A DNA stretch of 42,888 bases from a virus. The DNA lies in the IMG/VR virus record IMGVR_UViG_3300025838_000008; one strand, written 5' to 3'. Positions within the stretch are counted from its first letter, which is position 1. Each line of letters opens with the position of its first letter. The position numbers and the translations under genes were made by a program. Positions 1-7,161 of this stretch are shown here, piece after piece. The notes beneath the pieces are model-generated. The model made no database searches and was not told the origin of the DNA. It worked only from the letters and a program-made list of their open reading frames with translations.

Positions 1-77
1 GAGCGTCGCCGTACACCCAAGCGTTGCCGTACACCCAAGCGTTGCCGTACACCCAAGCGTTGCCGAACACCTGAGCG
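1..77. repeat. terminal direct overlap, identical to 42812..42888 (circular-contig signature)
   Basis: Base-by-base comparison: gagcgtcgccgtacacccaagcgttgccgtacacccaagcgttgccgtacacccaagcgttgccgaacacctgagcg occurs at both window ends. Confidence 0.9.
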
Positions 78-205
78 TCGCCGTACACCCAAGCGTCGCC
101 GTACACCTGAGCGTCGCCGTACACCTGAGCGTTGCCGTACACCCGAGCGCTGCCGTACACCTGAGCGTTGCCGTACACCCGAGCGTTGCCGTACACCCAA
201 GCGTC
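1..205. repeat. 18-bp tandem repeat array (coding), part adjacent to window start
   Basis: Units of gccgtacacc[cy][ag]agcg[tc][tc], period 18 nt, each encoding one [DNS]A[WQR]V[YF]G hexad on the minus strand. Confidence 0.9.
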
Positions 206-505
206 GCCGTCAATGGCAAGGTTACTCTGGCTTTCGACCAGTCCTCCCCTGTCGCCCTTCTTGACCCCAGATCGCACGTCACGTTCAGCAACGATGCGAA
301 ACAGTGGTTTCCCGTTTGGGGCGACCAGATCGGTCTTGTGTAGTGAATACTTGCTGTTCTTCATTTCTTTTTCCTTTTTCACTTCATTCTCCTTTGGTAG
401 TTGTTGGTAATTTACGCAGATCGGTCCCCATTCGTGGGGGTTGCGGATAATCCCATTCAGCGTCAAAATTCCGTGAATCGGGTTGTCGCAGGTTCCGAGT
501 GTCAT
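1..505 (-). CDS. hexapeptide-repeat (beta-helix-like) protein, N-terminal part; ORF runs off position 1 and continues at 42811..42462 across the circular junction
   Basis: Hand translation: minus frame is open from ATG 505 to position 1 with no stop. ATG 505 has an ATGA overlap with the stop of 502..1011 and GGGAGA 4 nt upstream. Sequence reads MTLGTCDNPIHG...SNLAIDG, then DAWVYG NARVYG NAQVYG and further hexads. Alternative starts are GTG 382 (AGGAGA 5 nt upstream) and ATG 364. It is absent from the ORF track because it hits the window edge. It is in frame with 42462..42881 once the 77-nt overlap is collapsed (505+350 nt = 285 codons). Confidence 0.6.
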   Translation of the reverse strand, partial: MTLGTCDNPIHGILTLNGIIRNPHEWGPICVNYQQLPKENEVKKEKEMKNSKYSLHKTDLVAPNGKPLFRIVAERDVRSGVKKGDRGGLVESQSNLAIDGDAWVYGNARVYGNAQVYGSARVYGNAQVYGDAQVYGDAWVYGDAQVFGNAWVYGNAWVYGNAWVYGDA

Positions 506-1011
506 CGTGTCTCCCTAAGTAGGTGCAGAGCACGCTCCGTGGCTGTCAAATAGCCGTTCCAATATTGCGCCCTCTGTACTGACTTGTGTGGGCCATCCCA
601 ATGCTTTGCTGCCAAATTTTTCAACGCTTCGACCCTCGCCAGCACTTCCTCTAGTCGGTCATAGCCGTCAATAGCGTCTTGGATACGTTGGGCGCAGGCT
701 TTGGCTCCGTCAATGGTGGGAAAGTCGGGGCCTATTGTTGGACCATGCCAATCGTCGTTGCTAAGAACCCAACACTTTCCGCCGATTGCGGCCCATTCCT
801 GCCAAATGTAAAACTCCGCATTGGACGCAAACCACGCACCTTCTCGCGTCTCGGTCCACTCCAATACTGTGCGCTCAGTCACGGCATCCTCCTTTTTGCT
901 CCCAACAACCGCCCTGCTGCTTGGCGTTGCATTGACGGCAATATCTGACGTGCTTTGGGTTGCCCCAAATGTCTGTCCACCCACAGTCCCAACTCCCCCA
1001 TTCGTGACCAT
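502..1011 (-). CDS. hypothetical protein
   Basis: ORF-track 169 aa. The stop overlaps the next start (ATGA). An alternative internal start is GTG about 882, preceded by AAGGAGG at 5 nt. No motif recognised. Confidence 0.55.
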   Translation of the reverse strand: MVTNGGVGTVGGQTFGATQSTSDIAVNATPSSRAVVGSKKEDAVTERTVLEWTETREGAWFASNAEFYIWQEWAAIGGKCWVLSNDDWHGPTIGPDFPTIDGAKACAQRIQDAIDGYDRLEEVLARVEALKNLAAKHWDGPHKSVQRAQYWNGYLTATERALHLLRETR

Positions 1012-1035
1012 TCAGCCAACAAGATAAACGGCTGC

Positions 1036-1383
1036 TCATCGGAACCTCAATCCTGCTGCCTCGTCATCATCCCTTTGGTACTCCAAGGCTTGTGCTTCGT
1101 CACACTCAGGGCATAGGTCGTTGGAGTGGTTGAAGATGTAGATGAGGTCGGAGTGCAACTGTGCAAACTCTTTGAGTTCGTCGGGGGTGGATTCCTTGAT
1201 GCCGGGCGCAGCCTCCACGCTAAATGAGGACCACAGGCCGCCGTGTTCAATCTCGTATTCGTCGCACCGCCACCAACCTTTGCCCTTCTCCACCCACTCA
1301 AGTACGGGCGGTTCCACTTCTCGATGTTGTCCACACTCAGGGCAGACGAGTTCGTGGCGTGCGAGGTTATCGGAGAGGGTCAT
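1036..1383 (-). CDS. zinc-ribbon protein (CPEC...CPEC)
   Basis: Inner ATG of ORF 1036..1458 (MTLSDNLARHELVCPECG...LCPECDEA). ATGA overlap with the stop of the upstream gene at 1380..1383. Two CxxC pairs. Confidence 0.6.
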   Translation of the reverse strand: MTLSDNLARHELVCPECGQHREVEPPVLEWVEKGKGWWRCDEYEIEHGGLWSSFSVEAAPGIKESTPDELKEFAQLHSDLIYIFNHSNDLCPECDEAQALEYQRDDDEAAGLRFR

Positions 1384-1541
1384 TGTCCGCTCCCCTCTGC
1401 CTGCATGACCTGTTGAGCTACGTCCAGCAGCGCGGAGATGTAACCCGACACCCGGCATTGCTCCGCAAGGTTCGGGGCGGTCTTGTTGCGTTTCGCTGCC
1501 TCGTCCAGCAGACGGTTGTACGCTTCCATGTTGAAATTCAC
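1380..1541 (-). CDS. hypothetical small protein
   Basis: GTG 1541 in a GTGA overlap with the stop of the upstream small ORF. GAGGGGAG lies 5 nt upstream. Sequence VNFNMEAYNRLLDEAAKRNK.... Confidence 0.45.
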   Translation of the reverse strand: MNFNMEAYNRLLDEAAKRNKTAPNLAEQCRVSGYISALLDVAQQVMQAEGSGQ

Positions 1542-1627
1542 TTGAACTCCCCTCGAAGAATTGCGGCGATGGTCATAAACGCCACGAACGCGACGTTCAA
1601 TGCCAGCCATGCGTAAATCCAAATCAT
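1538..1627 (-). CDS. small membrane protein (29 aa)
   Basis: MIWIYAWLALNVAFVAFMTIAAILRGEFK. AAAGGGGAAAG lies directly upstream of the ATG. One hydrophobic helix. Shorter than the ORF-track entry 1538..1753. Confidence 0.4.
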   Translation of the reverse strand: MIWIYAWLALNVAFVAFMTIAAILRGEFK

Positions 1628-1637
1628 CTTTCCCCTT

Positions 1638-2078
1638 TCACCACGGAGCGCAGCCATGCTGGTCCGGTACTTGCCCTGGCGCTCCCACTGAGGCCATGAG
1701 TTTTGTTGCCACTTCGATCTGAGCTTGGGGCGACACATCTGCACCACCACCAAACGTTTCCCAATTCCGCGCCGTGATGCCGAGGGAGTCTGGATACGCC
1801 GGTCCCGACCAGCCGACCCATCCCCCTTCTTCGCACACGGCTACCTTTGTCCACTCGGCTAAAACAAGTCGACCAATTCGCGCACGTCGCACAACCGACA
1901 CACGCGCTCGGGGTGCCGGCGTTCGTTCTGCTCGGTGTACCTCCACCGGTGCCACCCAATTCGACACCGCCACCGCTGCTTTCCCATGTGTTTCTTCTTT
2001 CTGCCGGTGAATGGCCGGCACCAAAATAAGTAATGCGCTTACGAATGCTGCTGCGATAATTCGCTTTCTGTCTTGCAT
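1638..2078 (-). CDS. membrane-anchored or secreted transglycosylase-like (Rpf-like) protein
   Basis: Start at ATG 2078 (CAGGAG 4 nt upstream). N-terminal hydrophobic segment RIIAAAFVSALLILVPAI. C-terminal EWTKVAVCEEGGW...LGITARNWETFGG...QIEVATKL...C.PW resembles the Rpf/transglycosylase-like W..VA.CE.GG.W...G..LQ...W...GG...QI.VA motif. Confidence 0.55.
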   Translation of the reverse strand: MQDRKRIIAAAFVSALLILVPAIHRQKEETHGKAAVAVSNWVAPVEVHRAERTPAPRARVSVVRRARIGRLVLAEWTKVAVCEEGGWVGWSGPAYPDSLGITARNWETFGGGADVSPQAQIEVATKLMASVGAPGQVPDQHGCAPW

Positions 2079-2105
2079 GAGACTCCTGAGAACTGCCAAT
2101 GGGAC

Positions 2106-2279
2106 TTACTGCGAAGGTGCGTTGTCATCCCTGCCTTTCTCCCAAGGTCCAAATTCATCTTGAAACCACCACTGGCCGTCGCTGGTTTCTTGCCACACGC
2201 GCACGTTGCGGTAACTGTGCACCTTGCGCCAGCGCCATCCCTGCCGGCTGATTCGACGCCACGCGAGCCAGCGCCTCAT
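2106..2279 (-). CDS. small Trp/Arg-rich protein (57 aa)
   Basis: Hand-translated MRRWLAWRRISRQGWRWRKVHSYRNVRVWQETSDGQWWFQDEFGPWEKGRDDNAPSQ. The ATG shares one base with the RecT stop (TGATG). It fills an otherwise empty 180-nt gap. Below the ORF-track size cutoff. Confidence 0.4.
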   Translation of the reverse strand: MRRWLAWRRISRQGWRWRKVHSYRNVRVWQETSDGQWWFQDEFGPWEKGRDDNAPSQ

Positions 2280-3106
2280 CAGACAATCTCCCCATCAAAG
2301 ATCTCGTCCTCGTCAAAGACGACTTCGGGTTCTTCGTCGACGGTGATGCGTGACACAAACCCTTCGTCGACGGTGCTCGCGAGCGTGATTTTCGTCGACC
2401 CCACGGGGCTCCACGTCTTTGCTCGGAGAAACGCCGTCTTGCGCGCCATCGCGTCAAAGTCCGTGGCCCACGGGCCGACGACTTTGCCGTCCGATTTAGG
2501 AGCGTGCTTCTTCATGTGCGCGATCGCTTCTTCTTTGGTCAGCACTTCCCAAATGACACCGCCGGCCAACGTGCGAATGATCGCGTAGTACGCAATCGCC
2601 ATCCCTCGGTTCTCACGGGCCGGGACGTGGTGCAAGCGTTCTTCGAGGCCGCGCGAGTAATCGAATTCGTCGTTCTCGTAGACCACCTGGGCCGTCAGTG
2701 ACTTGATCTGGCCTGAGTTGTACGCGAGCTGCGCCCAGCCTTTGTAGCCAATCGTCAACTGCACTTCGTCGACGCCACGGTTCTTGCGCGGAATCATGTA
2801 CGCCTGACCCATCGGGCCGAACTCCAAGCCCAACTGCGCCACCGTCAACACCGCTCCGAGGAACGACGACGGCGTGCATTGCATCAACTTCGGCGTTTTG
2901 CTGAGTTCGGTCTTGACGACGCGAACAAAGTGCATCTCGTCGATACCTGTGCCCGCGAGGGCTTTCTTGATTTCGTTGGCACTCGCCTCCACCAATGTCT
3001 TGTTGGTTTGCTTGGCAATCTCCGCGCCTGAACCAGCACTTGCCGCTGCCACCAAGTCGCGCGCGGCGCTGGCTTTGTTGTCCGTTCTTTCCGGTTGTCC
3101 AATCAT
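2279..3106 (-). CDS. recT: RecT-family single-strand annealing recombinase
   Basis: AQLGLEFGPMGQAYMIPRKN...VQLTIGYKGWAQLAYNSGQIKSLTAQVVYENDEF matches the RecT core pattern. Start taken at ATG 3106 (ATGA overlap with the exonuclease stop) rather than the ORF-track 3193. Confidence 0.8.
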   Translation of the reverse strand: MIGQPERTDNKASAARDLVAAASAGSGAEIAKQTNKTLVEASANEIKKALAGTGIDEMHFVRVVKTELSKTPKLMQCTPSSFLGAVLTVAQLGLEFGPMGQAYMIPRKNRGVDEVQLTIGYKGWAQLAYNSGQIKSLTAQVVYENDEFDYSRGLEERLHHVPARENRGMAIAYYAIIRTLAGGVIWEVLTKEEAIAHMKKHAPKSDGKVVGPWATDFDAMARKTAFLRAKTWSPVGSTKITLASTVDEGFVSRITVDEEPEVVFDEDEIFDGEIV

Positions 3107-4020
3107 TGCTTTTCTTCTTTCTGTTTGGGGAAATGAAGTTTCCTGAATGTCGATTCTTTGACTTCGTGGGCTTTGCGTGTTTGCGATTTCCACGTTGCGA
3201 TAACAACGCCGTCGACCATGCCTGCTTCGGCGTCACCCAACATGGCCTTGATCTTGTTGTCGACTTCCTTGAGCTTGTCGTTTTCCATCTTGACGATCTT
3301 TTCGCGCGCGTCGCGCTCCGTCACGAGGTCAAGCAACGCTGGCCCACATTCGACAGCCTCGACCTTGACGTCGGAATAGCGATTCGCAATTGCCTTGGCC
3401 GTAATGTCGCTGCCGTCAATGTCGGGCATCCGGCCCATCTGCACCATCGTCCAGAACTTTTCGGTCCCAGCCACGATGGACTCGATGAGCATTTCGTCGC
3501 GCTCGAGGTAGTAGTGGACGAACCGGTTGCCGCCGATAAGCGCGGCAATGTAGCCGTGCGTGTAGTCGGGACCGAGGACGGCCAAGTACGTCATAAATTG
3601 GATCCGCGCGTGCAGCGGCGGCCCATCTCTCCACTCGCTCGCTTGGGAAACGTCGACGTTCTTGCACTCGACGATGCCGTTGGGGATGAACCGGTCAGGG
3701 TTGCCGGCCAGCCATGACCACCGCGTCGATGCGACCATCACGGGGTCGTAGATGATGTTGACGCCAACGCGTCGGCCAAGTTCTTGAGCGATGGTTTCCT
3801 CTTGAACGTTGCCCCAATACATGCGCTCGGTTTCCTCGCGCTCGTCGTCCTCGGGCAACGGATCGACCTTCTCCGCGTATAACTTCACGGGGTTGGAGTA
3901 GGGCGACAAGTTCAGCGCCGCATCTGCGTCCGAACCGCACACGTACTGACGGCGCAGTTCAAGCCACTCGTGACGCGTTATGGCCTTGGTGTCGGGGCAG
4001 ACAATTGTGAAGTCGCTCAT
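3103..4020 (-). CDS. YqaJ/RecE-like PD-(D/E)XK recombination exonuclease
   Basis: GSDADAALNLSPYSNPVKLY..., WGNVQEETIAQEL and AGNPDRF...VECKN fit YqaJ-type viral exonucleases. It lies directly upstream of recT. Start at ATG 4020 (ATGA overlap). Confidence 0.8.
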   Translation of the reverse strand: MSDFTIVCPDTKAITRHEWLELRRQYVCGSDADAALNLSPYSNPVKLYAEKVDPLPEDDEREETERMYWGNVQEETIAQELGRRVGVNIIYDPVMVASTRWSWLAGNPDRFIPNGIVECKNVDVSQASEWRDGPPLHARIQFMTYLAVLGPDYTHGYIAALIGGNRFVHYYLERDEMLIESIVAGTEKFWTMVQMGRMPDIDGSDITAKAIANRYSDVKVEAVECGPALLDLVTERDAREKIVKMENDKLKEVDNKIKAMLGDAEAGMVDGVVIATWKSQTRKAHEVKESTFRKLHFPKQKEEKQ

Positions 4021-4223
4021 ATCGTGGGCAACTCCCGTGCAAGGGCCTTGAGGCCGTCGAGGTAGCCAACCCAATAGTCCGTGACGTGTGAGGAATTGCT
4101 GGGGTCGTCGCGACGCATACGCGCGAACTCATTGAGTTTTGAGTACGCCGAACGCGTCTTGCCGAACGGGTCGGTGAATTCGGTTGGCTTATCCACGATC
4201 GCGCTTCCCTTCGTGATAGCCAC
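4017..4223 (-). CDS. hypothetical protein
   Basis: ORF-track 68 aa (GTG start). A possible alternative is GTG 4196 after GAAGGGAAG. The stop is coupled to the exonuclease start. Confidence 0.5.
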   Translation of the reverse strand: MAITKGSAIVDKPTEFTDPFGKTRSAYSKLNEFARMRRDDPSNSSHVTDYWVGYLDGLKALARELPTI

Positions 4224-4278
4224 AGGCGTATGTGAAAGCCGCGGTCACGGTAATGATGAGGCCGAGGACAAGGTTCAT
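4195..4278 (-). CDS. possible small membrane protein (27 aa)
   Basis: ATG 4278 in an ATGA overlap with the stop of 4275..4631. Sequence MNLVLGLIITVTAAFTYACGYHEGKRDRG. It overlaps the 5' end of the next ORF if that ORF starts at 4223. Confidence 0.3.
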
Positions 4279-4631
4279 CGCTCGTCCTTCAACGCACGCA
4301 ACTCGAAGCAACCGCGCAGGTCATCTTCCTCGTTCATCATGCGCGCGTAACGCGAGATGTAGGAGTTGTTGACCTTCCACACTTCGTTGTCGTCGGCCTG
4401 CATCTCGTAGTCCCAGCGCACGCGCTCCGCGACGGCCTTGGCCCCAATGCGGATTCGGTTGCGCCCTTTGGTGCGCTGTGTCCACACCGCTTCGCGTGCG
4501 TAGCGCAGCAACGCCTTGTAGACCCACGGGTTCGCCTCGTGGAAACGACGGAACCGTTCGTCTAGCGTCAGTTCGGTGTCGCTGGGGTCCGGCTCGACGA
4601 ACGCGGGAAGGCTCGGTTGTACCAGTGTCAC
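4275..4631 (-). CDS. hypothetical protein
   Basis: GTG 4631 in a GTGA overlap with the upstream stop. Sequence VTLVQPSLPAF...FHEANPWVYKALLRYAREA.... No family confidently recognised. Confidence 0.6.
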   Translation of the reverse strand: MTLVQPSLPAFVEPDPSDTELTLDERFRRFHEANPWVYKALLRYAREAVWTQRTKGRNRIRIGAKAVAERVRWDYEMQADDNEVWKVNNSYISRYARMMNEEDDLRGCFELRALKDER

Positions 4632-4807
4632 GCTTCCTCCCTGTTCTTGAACCACGTGCGCACGCCTTCGCGCCCGATCTTCATACCCGACTTCTGTGAC
4701 AGCTCAGTGGCTATCTCGTCGAACGTCTTGCCTTGTGCCCTCATGTCCAGCGCTCGTTTTACGAGGCTGGGCTTGGTCTTTTCGAGAACCTTCATAACGC
4801 TTATCAT
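4628..4807 (-). CDS. helix-turn-helix DNA-binding protein
   Basis: ATG 4807 with GAAAGGG 6 nt upstream. MRAQGKTFDEIATELSQKSGMKIGREGVRTWF looks like a resolvase/terminase-small-type HTH. First gene behind promoter 4833..4861. Confidence 0.6.
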   Translation of the reverse strand: MISVMKVLEKTKPSLVKRALDMRAQGKTFDEIATELSQKSGMKIGREGVRTWFKNREEA

Positions 4808-4832
4808 GTACGCCCTTTCGTTGGTTGAACCA

Positions 4833-4861
4833 ACCATACATACTGCCAGCATTGGTGTCAA
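4833..4861 (-). promoter_or_regulatory. sigma-70/SigA-type promoter for the minus-strand early operon
   Basis: On the minus strand: TTGACA (4861..4856), 17-nt spacer, TATGGT (4838..4833). About 25 nt upstream of ATG 4807. Confidence 0.6.
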
Positions 4862-4892
4862 GCATTACGCCACAATTTTTGCGTTCAGAATG

Positions 4893-4936
4893 CACAAAGC
4901 CCCCGACGCAAGGGGGTGGGCGTCGGGGGCTTTGTG
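4893..4936 (-). terminator. intrinsic terminator hairpin ending the late operon
   Basis: Perfect 17-bp inverted repeat cacaaagcccccgacgc / gcgtcgggggctttgtg with a 10-nt loop. It lies 21 nt after the stop of 4957..5217 and has no long U-tract. Confidence 0.7.
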
Positions 4937-4956
4937 TGCCGCGGTGGAACGGCGTG

Positions 4957-5217
4957 CTAGGCGGTGGCTGCCGCCTGAGGGTCGACCTTCTTGAGAACGT
5001 CGGCGGTGAGGGCCGTCAATTCCTCGTGCTGTGCAGGAGTGACCTTGCCCTCGATGCGGTGAATGAAGTCGAACACGTCATCGACGTACTTGTGCAGGAT
5101 CGAAACATGCTCGATCGCTTCGACGCCATCCACGACGGCACCAGGAATGTTGCCTTCGACGCCGGCTTCGACGGCCTTGACCGCATCTTCCGCTGCAACT
5201 GCGTTTTCGTCAGTCAT
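4957..5217 (-). CDS. hypothetical acidic protein
   Basis: ORF-track 86 aa. AAGGAG upstream of the ATG. Last gene of the late operon. Confidence 0.6.
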   Translation of the reverse strand: MTDENAVAAEDAVKAVEAGVEGNIPGAVVDGVEAIEHVSILHKYVDDVFDFIHRIEGKVTPAQHEELTALTADVLKKVDPQAAATA

Positions 5218-5236
5218 TTTGCTGCTCCTTGTTCTA

Positions 5237-5260
5237 ATGCCCTAGAGCGCTCTAGGGCAT
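5237..5260. promoter_or_regulatory. 24-bp perfect palindrome (hairpin, attenuator or protein-binding site)
   Basis: atgccctagagc|gctctagggcat, located between the stop at 5273 and the RBS of 4957..5217. Confidence 0.6.
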
Positions 5261-5272
5261 CCTCACCATACC

Positions 5273-5860
5273 TTACGAGCGCGCAGGGGGGCGTTTCTTG
5301 GAAGCAGGGGCCTTGCTGGGGCGTTTGGCCGGCAACGTGGGGTCGGCGGTTGACGTGAATTCCCCAGCCTTAGGTGACAAGGCTTCGACGTGTTCGTGGA
5401 GTTCGTGCAGCATTTTCACCACGATTGACAGTCCGCCCGTGGTGTCGGTGTCCAGTAGATCGACGATGCGCTCAGTGTCCTCAAAGGTTTTGGCGGCGCG
5501 AGCGTCGGACGCTTCGGCTTGAACGTTCTGGCCCACGATGATGACAGGAAGCAGGACGAGCTGCAAAAACGACTGGGCAATCCACGACACTAGGGCAACG
5601 ATGCTCACCTTCACGATGGCCTTCGGGAAGTCCCCGTGGAACGCCGCGAACATGCTCAGGATCGCCGGCAAACTGCACAGCGCGAGCAGACAAAACAGGT
5701 AGGCCGCCGTCATGGATCCGACCGCTTTGGTAATGGCGACCGCCGCGCGCTTGTTGAAACGTGCGTAGGCGCTGTGGTCGGCCAGATGGTCCGAAGTCTT
5801 GGCGTGGACCTTGTGCCCCAACTTGGTAACGCCGTGGGTGGGCGGCTTATTCGTGGTCAT
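5273..5860 (-). CDS. membrane protein with two TM helices and a charged tail (DUF1003-like; lysis-cassette associated)
   Basis: ATG 5860 with AAGGAGAA upstream. Hydrophobic segments AAYLFCLLALCSLPAILSMFAAF and VSIVALVSWIAQSFLQLVLLPVIIV, followed by GQNVQAEASDARA. It lies downstream of the endolysin. Confidence 0.6.
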   Translation of the reverse strand: MTTNKPPTHGVTKLGHKVHAKTSDHLADHSAYARFNKRAAVAITKAVGSMTAAYLFCLLALCSLPAILSMFAAFHGDFPKAIVKVSIVALVSWIAQSFLQLVLLPVIIVGQNVQAEASDARAAKTFEDTERIVDLLDTDTTGGLSIVVKMLHELHEHVEALSPKAGEFTSTADPTLPAKRPSKAPASKKRPPARS

Positions 5861-6218
5861 GCGGTTCTCCTTCATCTAGCCATGTTCCATTTGCCTCGGC
5901 GTTGCGCCGAAGAATGTCCCCGATGTTGTTGGTGTTCCCACCGTTGGGGGTGATCTTCTTGTCAATGGCAATGACCATCTCGAGCGTCGCTTTGGCAACT
6001 TGCTCGATGTTGGACAACCGAACGGCGGCCGGCAGCACTTCGGGGGTAATCAACGTCGCTGGCACGCCGGTCAGAAACTTGTGATTTTCGTCAGCTTCGG
6101 CGCGCTCCTTTGCGCGCTTGCGCAGGCGAGGCTGAACGAATGAGACTTGCACGGCTACGCCCGCTCCGAGGGCTGTGCCAATGGCAATTGTTGGATCGAC
6201 CCAATCAAACTTCCACAT
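5847..6218 (-). CDS. membrane-anchored protein, possible holin or lysis accessory
   Basis: ORF-track 123 aa. N-terminal TM PTIAIGTALGAGVAVQVSFV followed by a basic stretch. It lies immediately after the endolysin gene. Confidence 0.5.
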   Translation of the reverse strand: MWKFDWVDPTIAIGTALGAGVAVQVSFVQPRLRKRAKERAEADENHKFLTGVPATLITPEVLPAAVRLSNIEQVAKATLEMVIAIDKKITPNGGNTNNIGDILRRNAEANGTWLDEGEPHDHE

Positions 6219-6256
6219 GGCTTAGGACCAAACATTGTCGTGACTGACCTTCATAG

Positions 6257-7123
6257 TTATTTCGTCCCCCCGAGCAGCGAACGCCACGTTTCGGAGCCGA
6301 CAACGCCGTCAACCGTGAGGTGGTTGCGTGTTTGGTACAAAACCACCGCCACGTAGGTTTTGTTCCCAAAGATTCCGCTCGGAAACAGCCCCAGTTTCTT
6401 TTGCAGCACCGAAACGCTGGACCCTTTAGACCCCTTTTGGATGGTCGGACGGCCCAAAGGGATGAATGGGCCCGCTGGCTTGGCCGGAGCGGGGGCCAGA
6501 TTGGGCTGTACGGGCTTCGGGGCAGGGGTCGAGGCCGGTTGGATTGGGGCAGGCGCTACCGGGGGCTTAGGGGGGATGGTGACGTGCGCCGTGGGCGCAA
6601 GGTGTTCGACCCCCACAATGTCATAGTTCGGTCGGAGAAAGGTCCGCGGCGTGCGCGTGTCGATGGCGTGGCCGTTTTGGTGTTGAGTGATGGGCGCGTG
6701 CGACCACACGTAGTTCGGGTCGCCCTGCTCGCCGTGAGAAATGGTCAAAATGTCCGGTCCCCACACTCCGACAATGAGCGCCACGTGCCAGCCAGTTCCA
6801 TCTCCGTACACCACAAGGTCGCCCACTTGGGGGTCCGTGACGTGGGGCAGGTGCGCCAGCAACGTCCCCGTGTAGCCCTCGCGGTGGCACACGTACTGGC
6901 CCTTCTCGATCGTGTAGGCGGTCCCACCGTTGGGGTCCAGACAACCGGATACCCACAGGATCCACGTCACAAAAGCCGAGCAATCGAAATTCAGTGGCAA
7001 CTTCGGGGGCCACACGCCGATTGCGCTCATGCGCTCTGGCCCTTCGGTGTAATTGGCGTGGGCGCGATTTTCAACAGCCCACTTTGCCCACGCTTGCGAA
7101 TTGACCAGTCCACTGTTTGCCAT
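6257..7123 (-). CDS. endolysin: NlpC/P60- or CHAP-like cysteine peptidase, Pro-rich linker, peptidoglycan-binding domain
   Basis: DCSAFVTWILW (Cys nucleophile context), GWHVALIV (His), a PKPPVAPAPIQPASTPAPKP linker, and C-terminal VSVLQKKLG...FGNKTYVAVVLYQ...LTVDGVVGSETW, which is PG_binding_1-like. Confidence 0.8.
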   Translation of the reverse strand: MANSGLVNSQAWAKWAVENRAHANYTEGPERMSAIGVWPPKLPLNFDCSAFVTWILWVSGCLDPNGGTAYTIEKGQYVCHREGYTGTLLAHLPHVTDPQVGDLVVYGDGTGWHVALIVGVWGPDILTISHGEQGDPNYVWSHAPITQHQNGHAIDTRTPRTFLRPNYDIVGVEHLAPTAHVTIPPKPPVAPAPIQPASTPAPKPVQPNLAPAPAKPAGPFIPLGRPTIQKGSKGSSVSVLQKKLGLFPSGIFGNKTYVAVVLYQTRNHLTVDGVVGSETWRSLLGGTK

Positions 7124-7161
7124 GTGAAGAACCCTACCTTTTGATGGGCATTAGTGGGTGG

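Noticed and set aside
2275-2282. CTGATGAG on the minus strand at the recT stop
   Set aside because: It arises from the overlapping stop and start (TGATG). No flanking hairpins and no GAAA are in a hammerhead arrangement.
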